NCBI GenBank assembly: GCA_913052575.1
Contig: CAJXFK010000001.1
Location: 6,779-70,778, forward strand
Direction: 5' to 3'
Length of the DNA stretch: 64,000 bases
Source: an uncultured Planctomycetaceae bacterium
Lineage (GTDB): Bacteria; Planctomycetota; Planctomycetia; Pirellulales; UBA1268
The first letter of the stretch is position 1, and every line of letters starts with the position of its first letter. A program made the translations under genes and the position numbers. The notes beneath the pieces are model-generated. The model did not search any database. It saw nothing but the letters and a program-made list of their open reading frames with translations, and was not told where the DNA came from. Of the stretch, positions 29,969 through 38,070 are shown piece after piece.

Positions 29969-31528
29969 TCACTCTCTGTCGATAGTGTTTTCGCAACGGC
30001 TTGGGACTGTTGGACATTCTGTTTCAACCGTATTTTTGTATTTCGACAAAAGCGACTGCATGATGAGCTGATAGTCCGGCATTCCAAGAAGGTCTGCGTC
30101 TTCGTGCGGATCATTTTGTAAATTAAAAAGCTTTAATGGTGTGAAGTGAGTGCGTTTCTGATCACTCTGCATGATTAATTTGTAAGGCGTTTCTCGAATC
30201 ATGACTTCGCACTGTGAGCCTGCCTGCTGCAGAAAGATATTTCTTTTCTTGAAGAGTCCCTTGCCCGTAAATAATGGAAGTAAATTGTTTGAGTCCAAGG
30301 CCTGGTTGTTCGTGAGTTTTGTACCCACTAAGGCGGCTAGTGTTGCGATAATATCCTGATTGCTAACCAGTTCTTCTGTGATGCCGGGAGTGATCTGGCC
30401 TGGCCATACTGCGAAGAAGGGAACGCGATGTCCTCCCTCCAGTGGAGAGTTTTTGTTGCCTTTCCATCCGCCGTTGGATTGATGGCCTTTTTTTCCAGCG
30501 GGCTGATCAGCGAGACCACCATTGTCTGAGGTGATGATGAGCAGGGTGTTGTCGTATTCATCAGTTGCGTGCAGGGCGTCGACAATGCGTTTGATCTGCA
30601 TGTCAAGGTCAAGAAGCATGTCAAGGTGGTTTGTTGGTGTCTGCCCCATAATCTTTTTCCCATCAAAAAATTTTGGGGGACAATGTGGTAGGTGAACCAT
30701 TGGTGAGCAGTAGTACAAAAAGAACGGTCTGCCGCCGTGGCTGGCATCCGTTATGAAGTCGACGGCTTTTGCTGATAGTCGCTGGCCCATTTCACGGGAA
30801 TCCCACTGGGAGTCGCCCAGACCGGGCCCCTTGTCGGTGATGTCTTTCGGATGAATGGCAGTGTCTTCATTGAGATAAATCATTTGTGAGTCAGCAGCGA
30901 GTGGACTCCACGTCTGGTTTTCGTAAAGCAAATAAAGTGGACCTTGAATTCCGCATGGAGATGTAAAGTCATAATCAAAACCGCAATCTTTTGGTCCACC
31001 TGAAATCCACCGAGTTAGATCAACCTTCCCGGTAAGATCACCATTCTTTGGGCCACGATAAAATTCTGTCTGGCCGGGAATGAGGAAGTCACCACCTAAG
31101 TGCCACTTGCCAATAAATCCAGTTTTGTAGCCAGCGTCACGGGCGACAGTTCCAAGCGTTGCATGTCCTGGTTTAAAAGCAGTTTTTCCAAAAGTACTCC
31201 AAACACCCCACGGAGCGTAAGAACGGTAGTTGTTGTTTCCACTCATAACGGCATAACGAGTTGGAGCACAGAGCGACGTGGCTGAGTGCCCGTCAGTAAA
31301 CCAGAGCGAGTTTGAGGCGAGACTATCGAGGGCAGGAGTCTCAACAACCGGCGTCTTATTCTGAATGGTTTGAACGTAGAAGCTGATATCACCAAGTCCT
31401 AGGTCATCTGCCAAGATGACAACAACGTTGGGTCGATTTTCAGTTGCAAAAACGGTGCATGAGCTGAAAAAACTGATTACAGTCAGCAGAATGAGTGGGA
31501 TTCGATGACACTTGATATTCATTGCCAA
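29969..31528 (-). CDS. Arylsulfatase (Cys-type)
   Basis: 519-aa ORF with a signal peptide. PNVVVILADDLGLGD, FGly motif CAPTRYAVMSGN, TSDNGG, GGHRVP. Confidence 0.85.
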   Translation of the reverse strand: MAMNIKCHRIPLILLTVISFFSSCTVFATENRPNVVVILADDLGLGDISFYVQTIQNKTPVVETPALDSLASNSLWFTDGHSATSLCAPTRYAVMSGNNNYRSYAPWGVWSTFGKTAFKPGHATLGTVARDAGYKTGFIGKWHLGGDFLIPGQTEFYRGPKNGDLTGKVDLTRWISGGPKDCGFDYDFTSPCGIQGPLYLLYENQTWSPLAADSQMIYLNEDTAIHPKDITDKGPGLGDSQWDSREMGQRLSAKAVDFITDASHGGRPFFLYYCSPMVHLPHCPPKFFDGKKIMGQTPTNHLDMLLDLDMQIKRIVDALHATDEYDNTLLIITSDNGGLADQPAGKKGHQSNGGWKGNKNSPLEGGHRVPFFAVWPGQITPGITEELVSNQDIIATLAALVGTKLTNNQALDSNNLLPLFTGKGLFKKRNIFLQQAGSQCEVMIRETPYKLIMQSDQKRTHFTPLKLFNLQNDPHEDADLLGMPDYQLIMQSLLSKYKNTVETECPTVPSRCENTIDRE

Positions 31529-31717
31529 AATACCTTTTCGGTGTGCTACTTTCTGCGGTGCTGTATCCGACGGACAATATTAGTGTTTGGAAGGAAAACA
31601 CACCGCACGATGGGTGAAAGATAGAAAAAAATCAAAATCTAGTATAAAGTGAATTTACCAATTTCTTGCGGTGAGAAATGGTTTGTTGTTGCGAATTAAT
31701 TAACCTGGAGGTACCAC

Positions 31718-32260
31718 ATGTTCCGTCATCTGTGTTTTTTAGTTATTGGTATCTGTGCTGTGGCTTCAGTATCTTCTGCGAGTGCCCAGTCGTGGAAGCA
31801 TGCAGGCTCAAAAGCAGCTGGATATTATTCAGAATATCACGGTCATAGTTCTCATAGTCACTTATACGGTGCTCAGTCTCATGCAAAGCACTACAGCAAT
31901 TATCTTTCAACAACCACGACAGTAGATCCATCTGTTGCTCGTATAGCTCATGATTCAATTGGAAATCATCTTAATAAAACACAGCAGCATCTCAGTCAGA
32001 TGAAAAACCAGCTTTCTGCCCATGAAAATAAGGAAGGCGTCGAGTCTATTTCAGAAATAGAGGGTCATTTGCAGGATGCACGATTACACCACGCGGATCT
32101 CAATAAAATCACAATTCAAAAACCGATTGATTCAAAGGCTGCGAAGGCAACTGTTAACAGTCTTCAGTCGTCTATTAACAAAGCGATTGCTGCTCATGCT
32201 AGTCTTCTTGAATCACTTGGTATCAAAGAACCAACACATGACGAAAAAGAGAGCAAGTAG
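31718..32260 (+). CDS. Secreted His-rich hypothetical protein
   Basis: 180-aa ORF with signal peptide MFRHLCFLVIGICAVASVSSASA. A His/Tyr/Ser-rich stretch (YSEYHGHSSHSHLYGAQSHAKHYSNY) is followed by a helical region. Confidence 0.5.
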   Translation: MFRHLCFLVIGICAVASVSSASAQSWKHAGSKAAGYYSEYHGHSSHSHLYGAQSHAKHYSNYLSTTTTVDPSVARIAHDSIGNHLNKTQQHLSQMKNQLSAHENKEGVESISEIEGHLQDARLHHADLNKITIQKPIDSKAAKATVNSLQSSINKAIAAHASLLESLGIKEPTHDEKESK

Positions 32261-32657
32261 TACCTCTTCAGGTGGTTTATTCATCGCTAACATAAGGTTT
32301 GGGAAAGAATTGTTGTGGTCAATGATTCCTTCAGCATTTTCTAGTTACGGCTCGAGATATTTTGTATTGGTACATTGCTAATACAGCTAAGAAAACACTC
32401 GCCTTGTGAGGCGTTTTGCTGAGGCAAATGCGTTCAGCATAAATGTAAGTGATAGAACTGTCGACATGAAGGTTCAGGGGTTTGTTGCCCGAACCGAAGG
32501 AGTCGTAATCCATCAGCTAAACCTATGCGGCCAAAGGATTGTACTTACTCCAATCTTCGAGAGGCGAGTCAATGTCCTTGTGTTCATGAAGGAAGATAAT
32601 TTGCCGATGAGGCTGCGAAGGCTATTTCCGATAATTTATGAACGTTGCTACGCAATG

Positions 32658-33701
32658 TCAGGCACTTCGCTTTAGCTGTATTTTCCGGCGGCGGTGCGGT
32701 CGACTGGTGCGGACATGCCCGTCGTCATATCGAAGGAGACGACTGGAGTTTGAGGAGACTTCATTTGATCTTTGTTCTACTCTAGTTGCCTGGCTTTGCA
32801 TGAGTCCCGAGAGTTCACGAAACCGCGGGATATACATTCCAAATTGCAGGAGTGCTACGAATCTTCCTACTAAAATGGGCAGGGTGCCAAGTGGTGCTCG
32901 TACTATTGCATGGCGAAGAATTTCGACAATGTGTAGCATCAGGCTTTGCATTATCGGTTCAGCTGCAATTGATCGCCAGAAAAGTCTCTCTCCATATAAA
33001 CCAGCTTTGAATGCTGGTTGCGGATGATGTCGCTCAGGCGCTGCTATAACTTTTGATGTTGGTTCAAAAATAACACGGCCGCCTGTTGCGTGTAACGATA
33101 TCGCCATATCAGCGTCTGCATATTCATCGCCACACGCAGGACAAAAACCAAACAAGAGTCGGTCAATCATTTGGCGACTCCAAAACCCTGCTTCGAGTGT
33201 CGGGCCAGAGGGTGATGGATAATCTTCCTTGTGAAAGCCTTGAACGCGTGAGGTATCACCCCGTGGTCGTAGCATGACGCGTCTGCCACCGCGGCCTACT
33301 TCTATACCAGTCGCCACTATTCGATCGGTGTCATCAGATGCAACTTCAAGTGGAACGACGGCTGCGACTTGCTCGTTATTGAAATGTTCGACTGCTACGT
33401 CAGTCCAGAATGGAGTTGCACGCCATCCGGTTGCTAAAATATGGACAATACGACCAGTACTCGCAGCGAGTCCGAGATTGATACACGCGACACGATTGGA
33501 ACCAATAGGTGCCTGAATAAAGCGGACTTCCTCACCAACGCTCCACGGATCGTGATATCCAAAGCCGAGCACAACAACAATTTCTGAATTCTCGGGTCGA
33601 TTTTCAAGGACGCTCACGAGAGTTTCCTCGAGAGTTGCCTCATCTCCAGGTGCTGGAATGATGATCGATAGCCGCGGTTGTGGTGCTGTAGTGGTCGGCA
33701 T
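32658..33701 (-). CDS. Glycosyltransferase family 2-like
   Basis: A start at ATG 33701 (MPTTTAPQPRLSIIIPAPGDEATLEETLVSVL) gives the typical GT2 N-terminus. The longer ORF reaching 33827 would overlap the upstream small gene. Confidence 0.7.
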   Translation of the reverse strand: MPTTTAPQPRLSIIIPAPGDEATLEETLVSVLENRPENSEIVVVLGFGYHDPWSVGEEVRFIQAPIGSNRVACINLGLAASTGRIVHILATGWRATPFWTDVAVEHFNNEQVAAVVPLEVASDDTDRIVATGIEVGRGGRRVMLRPRGDTSRVQGFHKEDYPSPSGPTLEAGFWSRQMIDRLLFGFCPACGDEYADADMAISLHATGGRVIFEPTSKVIAAPERHHPQPAFKAGLYGERLFWRSIAAEPIMQSLMLHIVEILRHAIVRAPLGTLPILVGRFVALLQFGMYIPRFRELSGLMQSQATRVEQRSNEVSSNSSRLLRYDDGHVRTSRPHRRRKIQLKRSA

Positions 33702-33735
33702 GAGGGCCGTACCCCGTAGAATCAAAGGGACCGCA

Positions 33736-34005
33736 TTATGCGGCAACTCGCTGCGGTTGCAGGTCGTTGAAAAGATTGACCGTATGAAGCATTTCACCAT
33801 CAGCGTTATAAAACTGCACAACGCCACAGTCGATTAGCCACATTGCGAACATTTCTGTTACTCGATAGCACCGTGCAACACAACGGCCTCGATCGATACG
33901 AATGTTTTCTTGCAGATCGACGGCATCTTCAGTTTCTGCACCGAGGTCTACAAACAGACGGCTTACCATGTCTCGCACATCCGCGGCGTTCAAATGTAAA
34001 TGCAT
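33736..34005 (-). CDS. Small hypothetical protein (89 aa)
   Basis: ATG 34005 is preceded by CAGGAGG at 8-nt spacing. It sits immediately upstream of the GT2 gene on the same strand. No family recognised. Confidence 0.5.
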   Translation of the reverse strand: MHLHLNAADVRDMVSRLFVDLGAETEDAVDLQENIRIDRGRCVARCYRVTEMFAMWLIDCGVVQFYNADGEMLHTVNLFNDLQPQRVAA

Positions 34006-34330
34006 TGCAGCAACCTCCTGTTGCGATAAAAACCTGGATGACCTCATGTCATACCGGAAGTTGGAAACCGTAGCGTTGTAACCTGCCCTAGCGGAAGTCT
34101 AGTTTTTGACTAATCTTCTACTCGCCGCTAATTAAAATTCGGCATAGCTGATGAAGTCGAATCACGCTTACAAGCCAAGCCTGATTATTCGCCCTGATCC
34201 CCCATCTCATCCCATCTTCTCACAAGTGATGATAGGGCTTCGAAAATAGGGCTGGACGAACATTTCTGGGGAACTTGATCCACGGAGAGAGCACATGCAG
34301 GGTATTCGAAGGCAATCATTTTTGCAGAAT

Positions 34331-35122
34331 TCAAAGGCGTTCTGTCCAGTCAGATTGTCCGTATCGTGATTCTACGAGTCTATGGACCTGATCACGCGGC
34401 CAGTTTGTTCTGAAAGTCCAAGCGGAAAATGCAGTTTGTACCGCCTTGTTAATTTTTTTGCGACCAATCGAGAGGTTGGCCAAAAATTTGTCATGCTGTC
34501 TTTCCATTCGATATTGCGGTTCTCGAGGCGGATGCTGAAGGAGTTGTCCAACAAGTCCGAGCGGAAATGAATCTAAAAGAGTACCGTGGTAAAGGACGCT
34601 GTGTCTTCGTACGCGGAGAGCATTTCCACTAACTTTTTTAACTCCATCAGCAGTGGAGATGACTAAATCAGAAGTCCCCTCTCGTGCAACAGGTGGCCCT
34701 ATTTCGGAAAGTGCTGCAGCCAGAGGTTCGAGCATGAAGGCATGTATAGCATCAAGTGTCGGTACGTCTTCAAAGGGAGCTATGACAGACCACATAACAC
34801 AGCCAGGACCGAGAATGACCGTTGCACCACCACTCGGCCGGCGTAGCACGGGAATGTTACGTTTGGCACAGACATCAGAATTCACTTCTTTGTGTAATTG
34901 GCTTGATGAGCCGAGAATGACTACGGGAGCACTTGCCTGCCACGTACGCACTACAGGATTCTTCAAATAGCCCAATTCGGCCTCATTTAAGAATGCCTCG
35001 TCGACGGCAAGCTGTTCGGCAGCGGTAATCAGTGGGGGAAGGCTTGATTCATCAAGCCACTGAGCGTTACTTCCGTTTATTTTTGTCACAATACGGCACC
35101 TTCTAGATGGAGAGTCTATCAT
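34331..35122 (-). CDS. Biotin/lipoate A/B protein ligase family protein (LplA/LipB-like catalytic domain)
   Basis: 263-aa ORF. BPL_LplA_LipB-like blocks VLRRPSGGATVILGPGCVMWSV and KKVSGNALRVRRHSVLYHGTLL (candidate catalytic Lys). Confidence 0.7.
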   Translation of the reverse strand: MIDSPSRRCRIVTKINGSNAQWLDESSLPPLITAAEQLAVDEAFLNEAELGYLKNPVVRTWQASAPVVILGSSSQLHKEVNSDVCAKRNIPVLRRPSGGATVILGPGCVMWSVIAPFEDVPTLDAIHAFMLEPLAAALSEIGPPVAREGTSDLVISTADGVKKVSGNALRVRRHSVLYHGTLLDSFPLGLVGQLLQHPPREPQYRMERQHDKFLANLSIGRKKINKAVQTAFSAWTFRTNWPRDQVHRLVESRYGQSDWTERL

Positions 35123-35207
35123 GTTAGGTATTCAGAAGCGTGGCCGTCATTGCCACATCGTCAAAGACCCTTCAGATTTATCCACTCACTTTTCAGATCT
35201 ATAATTC

Positions 35208-36200
35208 ATGGCAACGTCTCAAAATCAACAAATGAATCCTGACGATAGTCTCCCGCCTGTTGAACCTCCAAGTGCCGCTTTCTTGGTCCAGTTATTTCTT
35301 GTTCCAGGAATTATCGTAGCCATTATTGTCTGTGTCTGGTTATCGTTTCATTGGTTAGCTCACCTTGGGAATGACCCGCAGGCGTACGTACGTACGCTTC
35401 GCCGAGCCAATGAAGGCCGGTGGCAGGCAGCACTCAATCTGGCAAATGATCTTCGTGGTCCAAATGGATCTGGGCTTAAGTCAGATACAAAAATGGCCTC
35501 TGAATTGGGTAGCATTCTTGATGATGAAGTTGATAGCGGGCGGATTGGTGAGCAATCAGAAACATTGCGGCTTTATTTGTGTCGAGCGTTAGGAGAGTTT
35601 ACCGTACCGGAGGCAGCGCCCGCACTTGTTCGGCGAGTGAAGGAAACAAATGACGATGCAACGACTCAAGCAGCGGTCGAAGCCTTGGCGGTCCTATCGG
35701 CTAATCTAGAAAACACAGGCCGATCTTTCAGAGAACAGGACAATGTTGTTGATGCAGTTGTAGATGCATCAAGGTCGACCGATTCGGGTGTGCGAAATGC
35801 ATGCAGTTTTACATTAGGTGTTCTCGGGGGAGAAAAAAGCGTTGAGAGTCTATTTCGATTAATGGGGGATCCGGCAAGTGACGTTCGGTCGAATGCGGCA
35901 CTCGGCTTGGCGAGGCTGGGGCAGACAGATGCATATGAGACACTGTCTGAGATGTTGTCGCTTCAAGATGTTGTATTGAGCAACAAGGCATCCGCTGATG
36001 AGATGCAATCAGAGCGGTATAAGCGAGCTCTTGTAGTTGTGAATGCCTTGCGTGGTGTGACAATGCTCGTTGACGCGACAAACCAGCCACCGCCTACAGG
36101 CGTTATCACGCTGATTAAGGATTTAAGGGAAGATCCTGTCGCAGAAATTCGCAGCAGTGCAACTGCAGTCATCAAAAAAATCAACCGAATTACGGGATAA
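35208..36200 (+). CDS. HEAT-repeat protein with N-terminal TM anchor
   Basis: 330-aa ORF with TM segment FLVQLFLVPGIIVAIIVCVWLSF. Repeated HEAT-like units (DSGVRNACSFTLGVLG, DPASDVRSNAALGLARLG, DPVAEIRSSATAVI). Confidence 0.6.
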   Translation: MATSQNQQMNPDDSLPPVEPPSAAFLVQLFLVPGIIVAIIVCVWLSFHWLAHLGNDPQAYVRTLRRANEGRWQAALNLANDLRGPNGSGLKSDTKMASELGSILDDEVDSGRIGEQSETLRLYLCRALGEFTVPEAAPALVRRVKETNDDATTQAAVEALAVLSANLENTGRSFREQDNVVDAVVDASRSTDSGVRNACSFTLGVLGGEKSVESLFRLMGDPASDVRSNAALGLARLGQTDAYETLSEMLSLQDVVLSNKASADEMQSERYKRALVVVNALRGVTMLVDATNQPPPTGVITLIKDLREDPVAEIRSSATAVIKKINRITG

Positions 36201-36234
36201 TTTTGCAGGGTTCTGAAGTGGACGTCACAATCAG

Positions 36235-37071
36235 TTAGTAATCAAGAAACTCATCAAGTGCTTCCCGAAGAGCTTCGGTGTCGGGTTCAATACCTGTTAA
36301 GTCACGATAGTTAATCGCCATCGTAGCAGCAGTAACTTCAAGACCATCAATCTGGCAAGAGTTTGCAGCTGTAGCTTCCTTGATTATTGAAGAGGCTTTT
36401 GGGTCAAGTGATGTGTCGACAACAACGAGATCTTCACGAAATTTTGGTAATTTAAATTCGGTTGGTAAGGGTCGATTTTCTTCTGTGGCAATCACGATAT
36501 CTATAGACTCATAAGACAGAGTCAATGCGTCTTCAACAGTTCTCGCATTGCCTCCTTCAATTGCATTAATAGCGTCTGTTAGGACTGAAGCTTGTGCATC
36601 CCAAGGATCAGCAATCGTAATGCCCAAAGTTCCTGCAAGTGTCAATTCGAGCGCAAGGGAACGTGACAGAAGATTTGTTCCGAGGAGAAGAATATTCGCT
36701 GTTGTTGGGTCGGCGTGCAATCGAATTGAATCTAATGCACCTCGACCAAGTGTGAGATGTCCAATAAGTTGACCATCCTTCGTGCATTCAAGAAGATTGC
36801 AGCCCCCTGCAAACTTAGCGGCCGGGCTTGCTGATGTGGTTAAACCAATTGCAGGCTCTTGTAATGGGGGAGCAAGCATACAGCCGCAAAAGCCCATTGC
36901 TGAAACACCAATGAGCGCGTTTGCGAGACGACTTGGTGCCACCTCGAGAGTTAAAAATTTCCAATCAAGTGAGTCGCGTGCAACAACTCTTTCGAAAAGA
37001 AACTGTGCAGGATTACCCGCCGCCGGATGACCCAGAAGAGCGATGACTTCCTGGAGTGCCGGATTTGTCAT
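36235..37071 (-). CDS. Shikimate dehydrogenase (AroE)-fold protein with degenerate active site
   Basis: 278-aa ORF collinear with AroE along its whole length (GHPAAGNP..., ...GCNLL..DGQLIGHLTLG..., C-terminal DGLEVTAATMAINYRDLTGIEPD). The positions of the catalytic Lys and Asp and of the GxGGxxR loop are substituted. Confidence 0.6.
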   Translation of the reverse strand: MTNPALQEVIALLGHPAAGNPAQFLFERVVARDSLDWKFLTLEVAPSRLANALIGVSAMGFCGCMLAPPLQEPAIGLTTSASPAAKFAGGCNLLECTKDGQLIGHLTLGRGALDSIRLHADPTTANILLLGTNLLSRSLALELTLAGTLGITIADPWDAQASVLTDAINAIEGGNARTVEDALTLSYESIDIVIATEENRPLPTEFKLPKFREDLVVVDTSLDPKASSIIKEATAANSCQIDGLEVTAATMAINYRDLTGIEPDTEALREALDEFLDY

Positions 37072-37173
37072 GACATTCAGAACCGAACTTTCTTTAGCTG
37101 AATGATTGCTTTAGCTGAATAATTGGTGAAGGGGGCTTGCAGAGCAGAAACCATGTATGCTCAACATGAACTG

Positions 37174-37977
37174 TTATACAGTCTGCTCGATCACGGCGAC
37201 AAATTGTGGGTCATTACGAATGGAATCGAAGTCACTTTCGTAACTAGTGAGCGATCGAAAGCGATTATCCGAGGCAATCGCTTTGGTCAAATATTCAACT
37301 GCAGTGCGGACATTGCCGGCGAGTGAGTGATAACAAGACAGATTATACGCAAGTGCCGGCTCCTTATCACAATAATTCATGCCATCAGCAAGTACGTCAA
37401 TCGCCTCCGAGAGTTTCCCCGATCGCTTCAAGCACCAACCAAACCCAAGCCAGCCTGCCACTGAATGGGGGTTTTTGCAAACTAACCGTTGATAGTAGGG
37501 GAGGGCATCAGAAAAGTGACAAAGTGCTCGAAGTGCTTCAGCTCGTAGAATCAGGGCATTTCCTGAGTCGTGTGCCGGCGAGAGTCGATCGAGTAGTTCG
37601 ATAGCATTCTGCAGCAATTTTTTTGCTGGTGGTGAAACACTATTCTCTGGTGTCATGTTGAATTCGGCGAGTTCAATATATCCGGATGCCTGCCTTAGCA
37701 ATGCAGAATCTCTTAGATTTTCAATCGAAGTAAGAGTGCTGTGAGATATGTTCATTTCAGGTCTTCGAATTGAGCGATTTGCTGACCGAAGCATTTTTTT
37801 AGCCAACGGATGGTTTAGGGAGATTTGCCGGGTATTTTCTACGGATTTACTCCTCGTATGGTTCGCCTTCACTGCAAAACCGGTGTTTCCTACGAGGAAG
37901 TAAAAGAAGTTGTGTTTTTTGTACGGATTTCCTCGGGAATCGACACTAATACAAGTAGTGAACACACGTTGTCTCAA
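37174..37977 (-). CDS. TPR-repeat protein
   Basis: TPR-like helical repeats in the C-terminal 170 aa (ALPYYQRLVCKNPHSVAGWLGFGWCLKRSGKLSEAIDVL..., ALAYNLSCYHSLAGNVRTAVEYLTKAI). The start is uncertain: internal ATGs at 37794 or 37755 are plausible. Confidence 0.55.
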   Translation of the reverse strand: MRQRVFTTCISVDSRGNPYKKHNFFYFLVGNTGFAVKANHTRSKSVENTRQISLNHPLAKKMLRSANRSIRRPEMNISHSTLTSIENLRDSALLRQASGYIELAEFNMTPENSVSPPAKKLLQNAIELLDRLSPAHDSGNALILRAEALRALCHFSDALPYYQRLVCKNPHSVAGWLGFGWCLKRSGKLSEAIDVLADGMNYCDKEPALAYNLSCYHSLAGNVRTAVEYLTKAIASDNRFRSLTSYESDFDSIRNDPQFVAVIEQTV

Positions 37978-38070
37978 TTTGAATAACTACCACTATTCGA
38001 ATGATTATTAGCGTAGGGTTCTTCGTTGGTGAAATCTTGCACTACGGCTACCAGATTTGAGGCATTCAAA

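Noticed and set aside
32406-32675. 89-aa plus-strand ORF in the 400-bp convergent gap after the His-rich protein.
   Set aside because: It has a non-ATG start, overlaps the glycosyltransferase 3' end and has no recognisable domain. I cannot support it from sequence alone.
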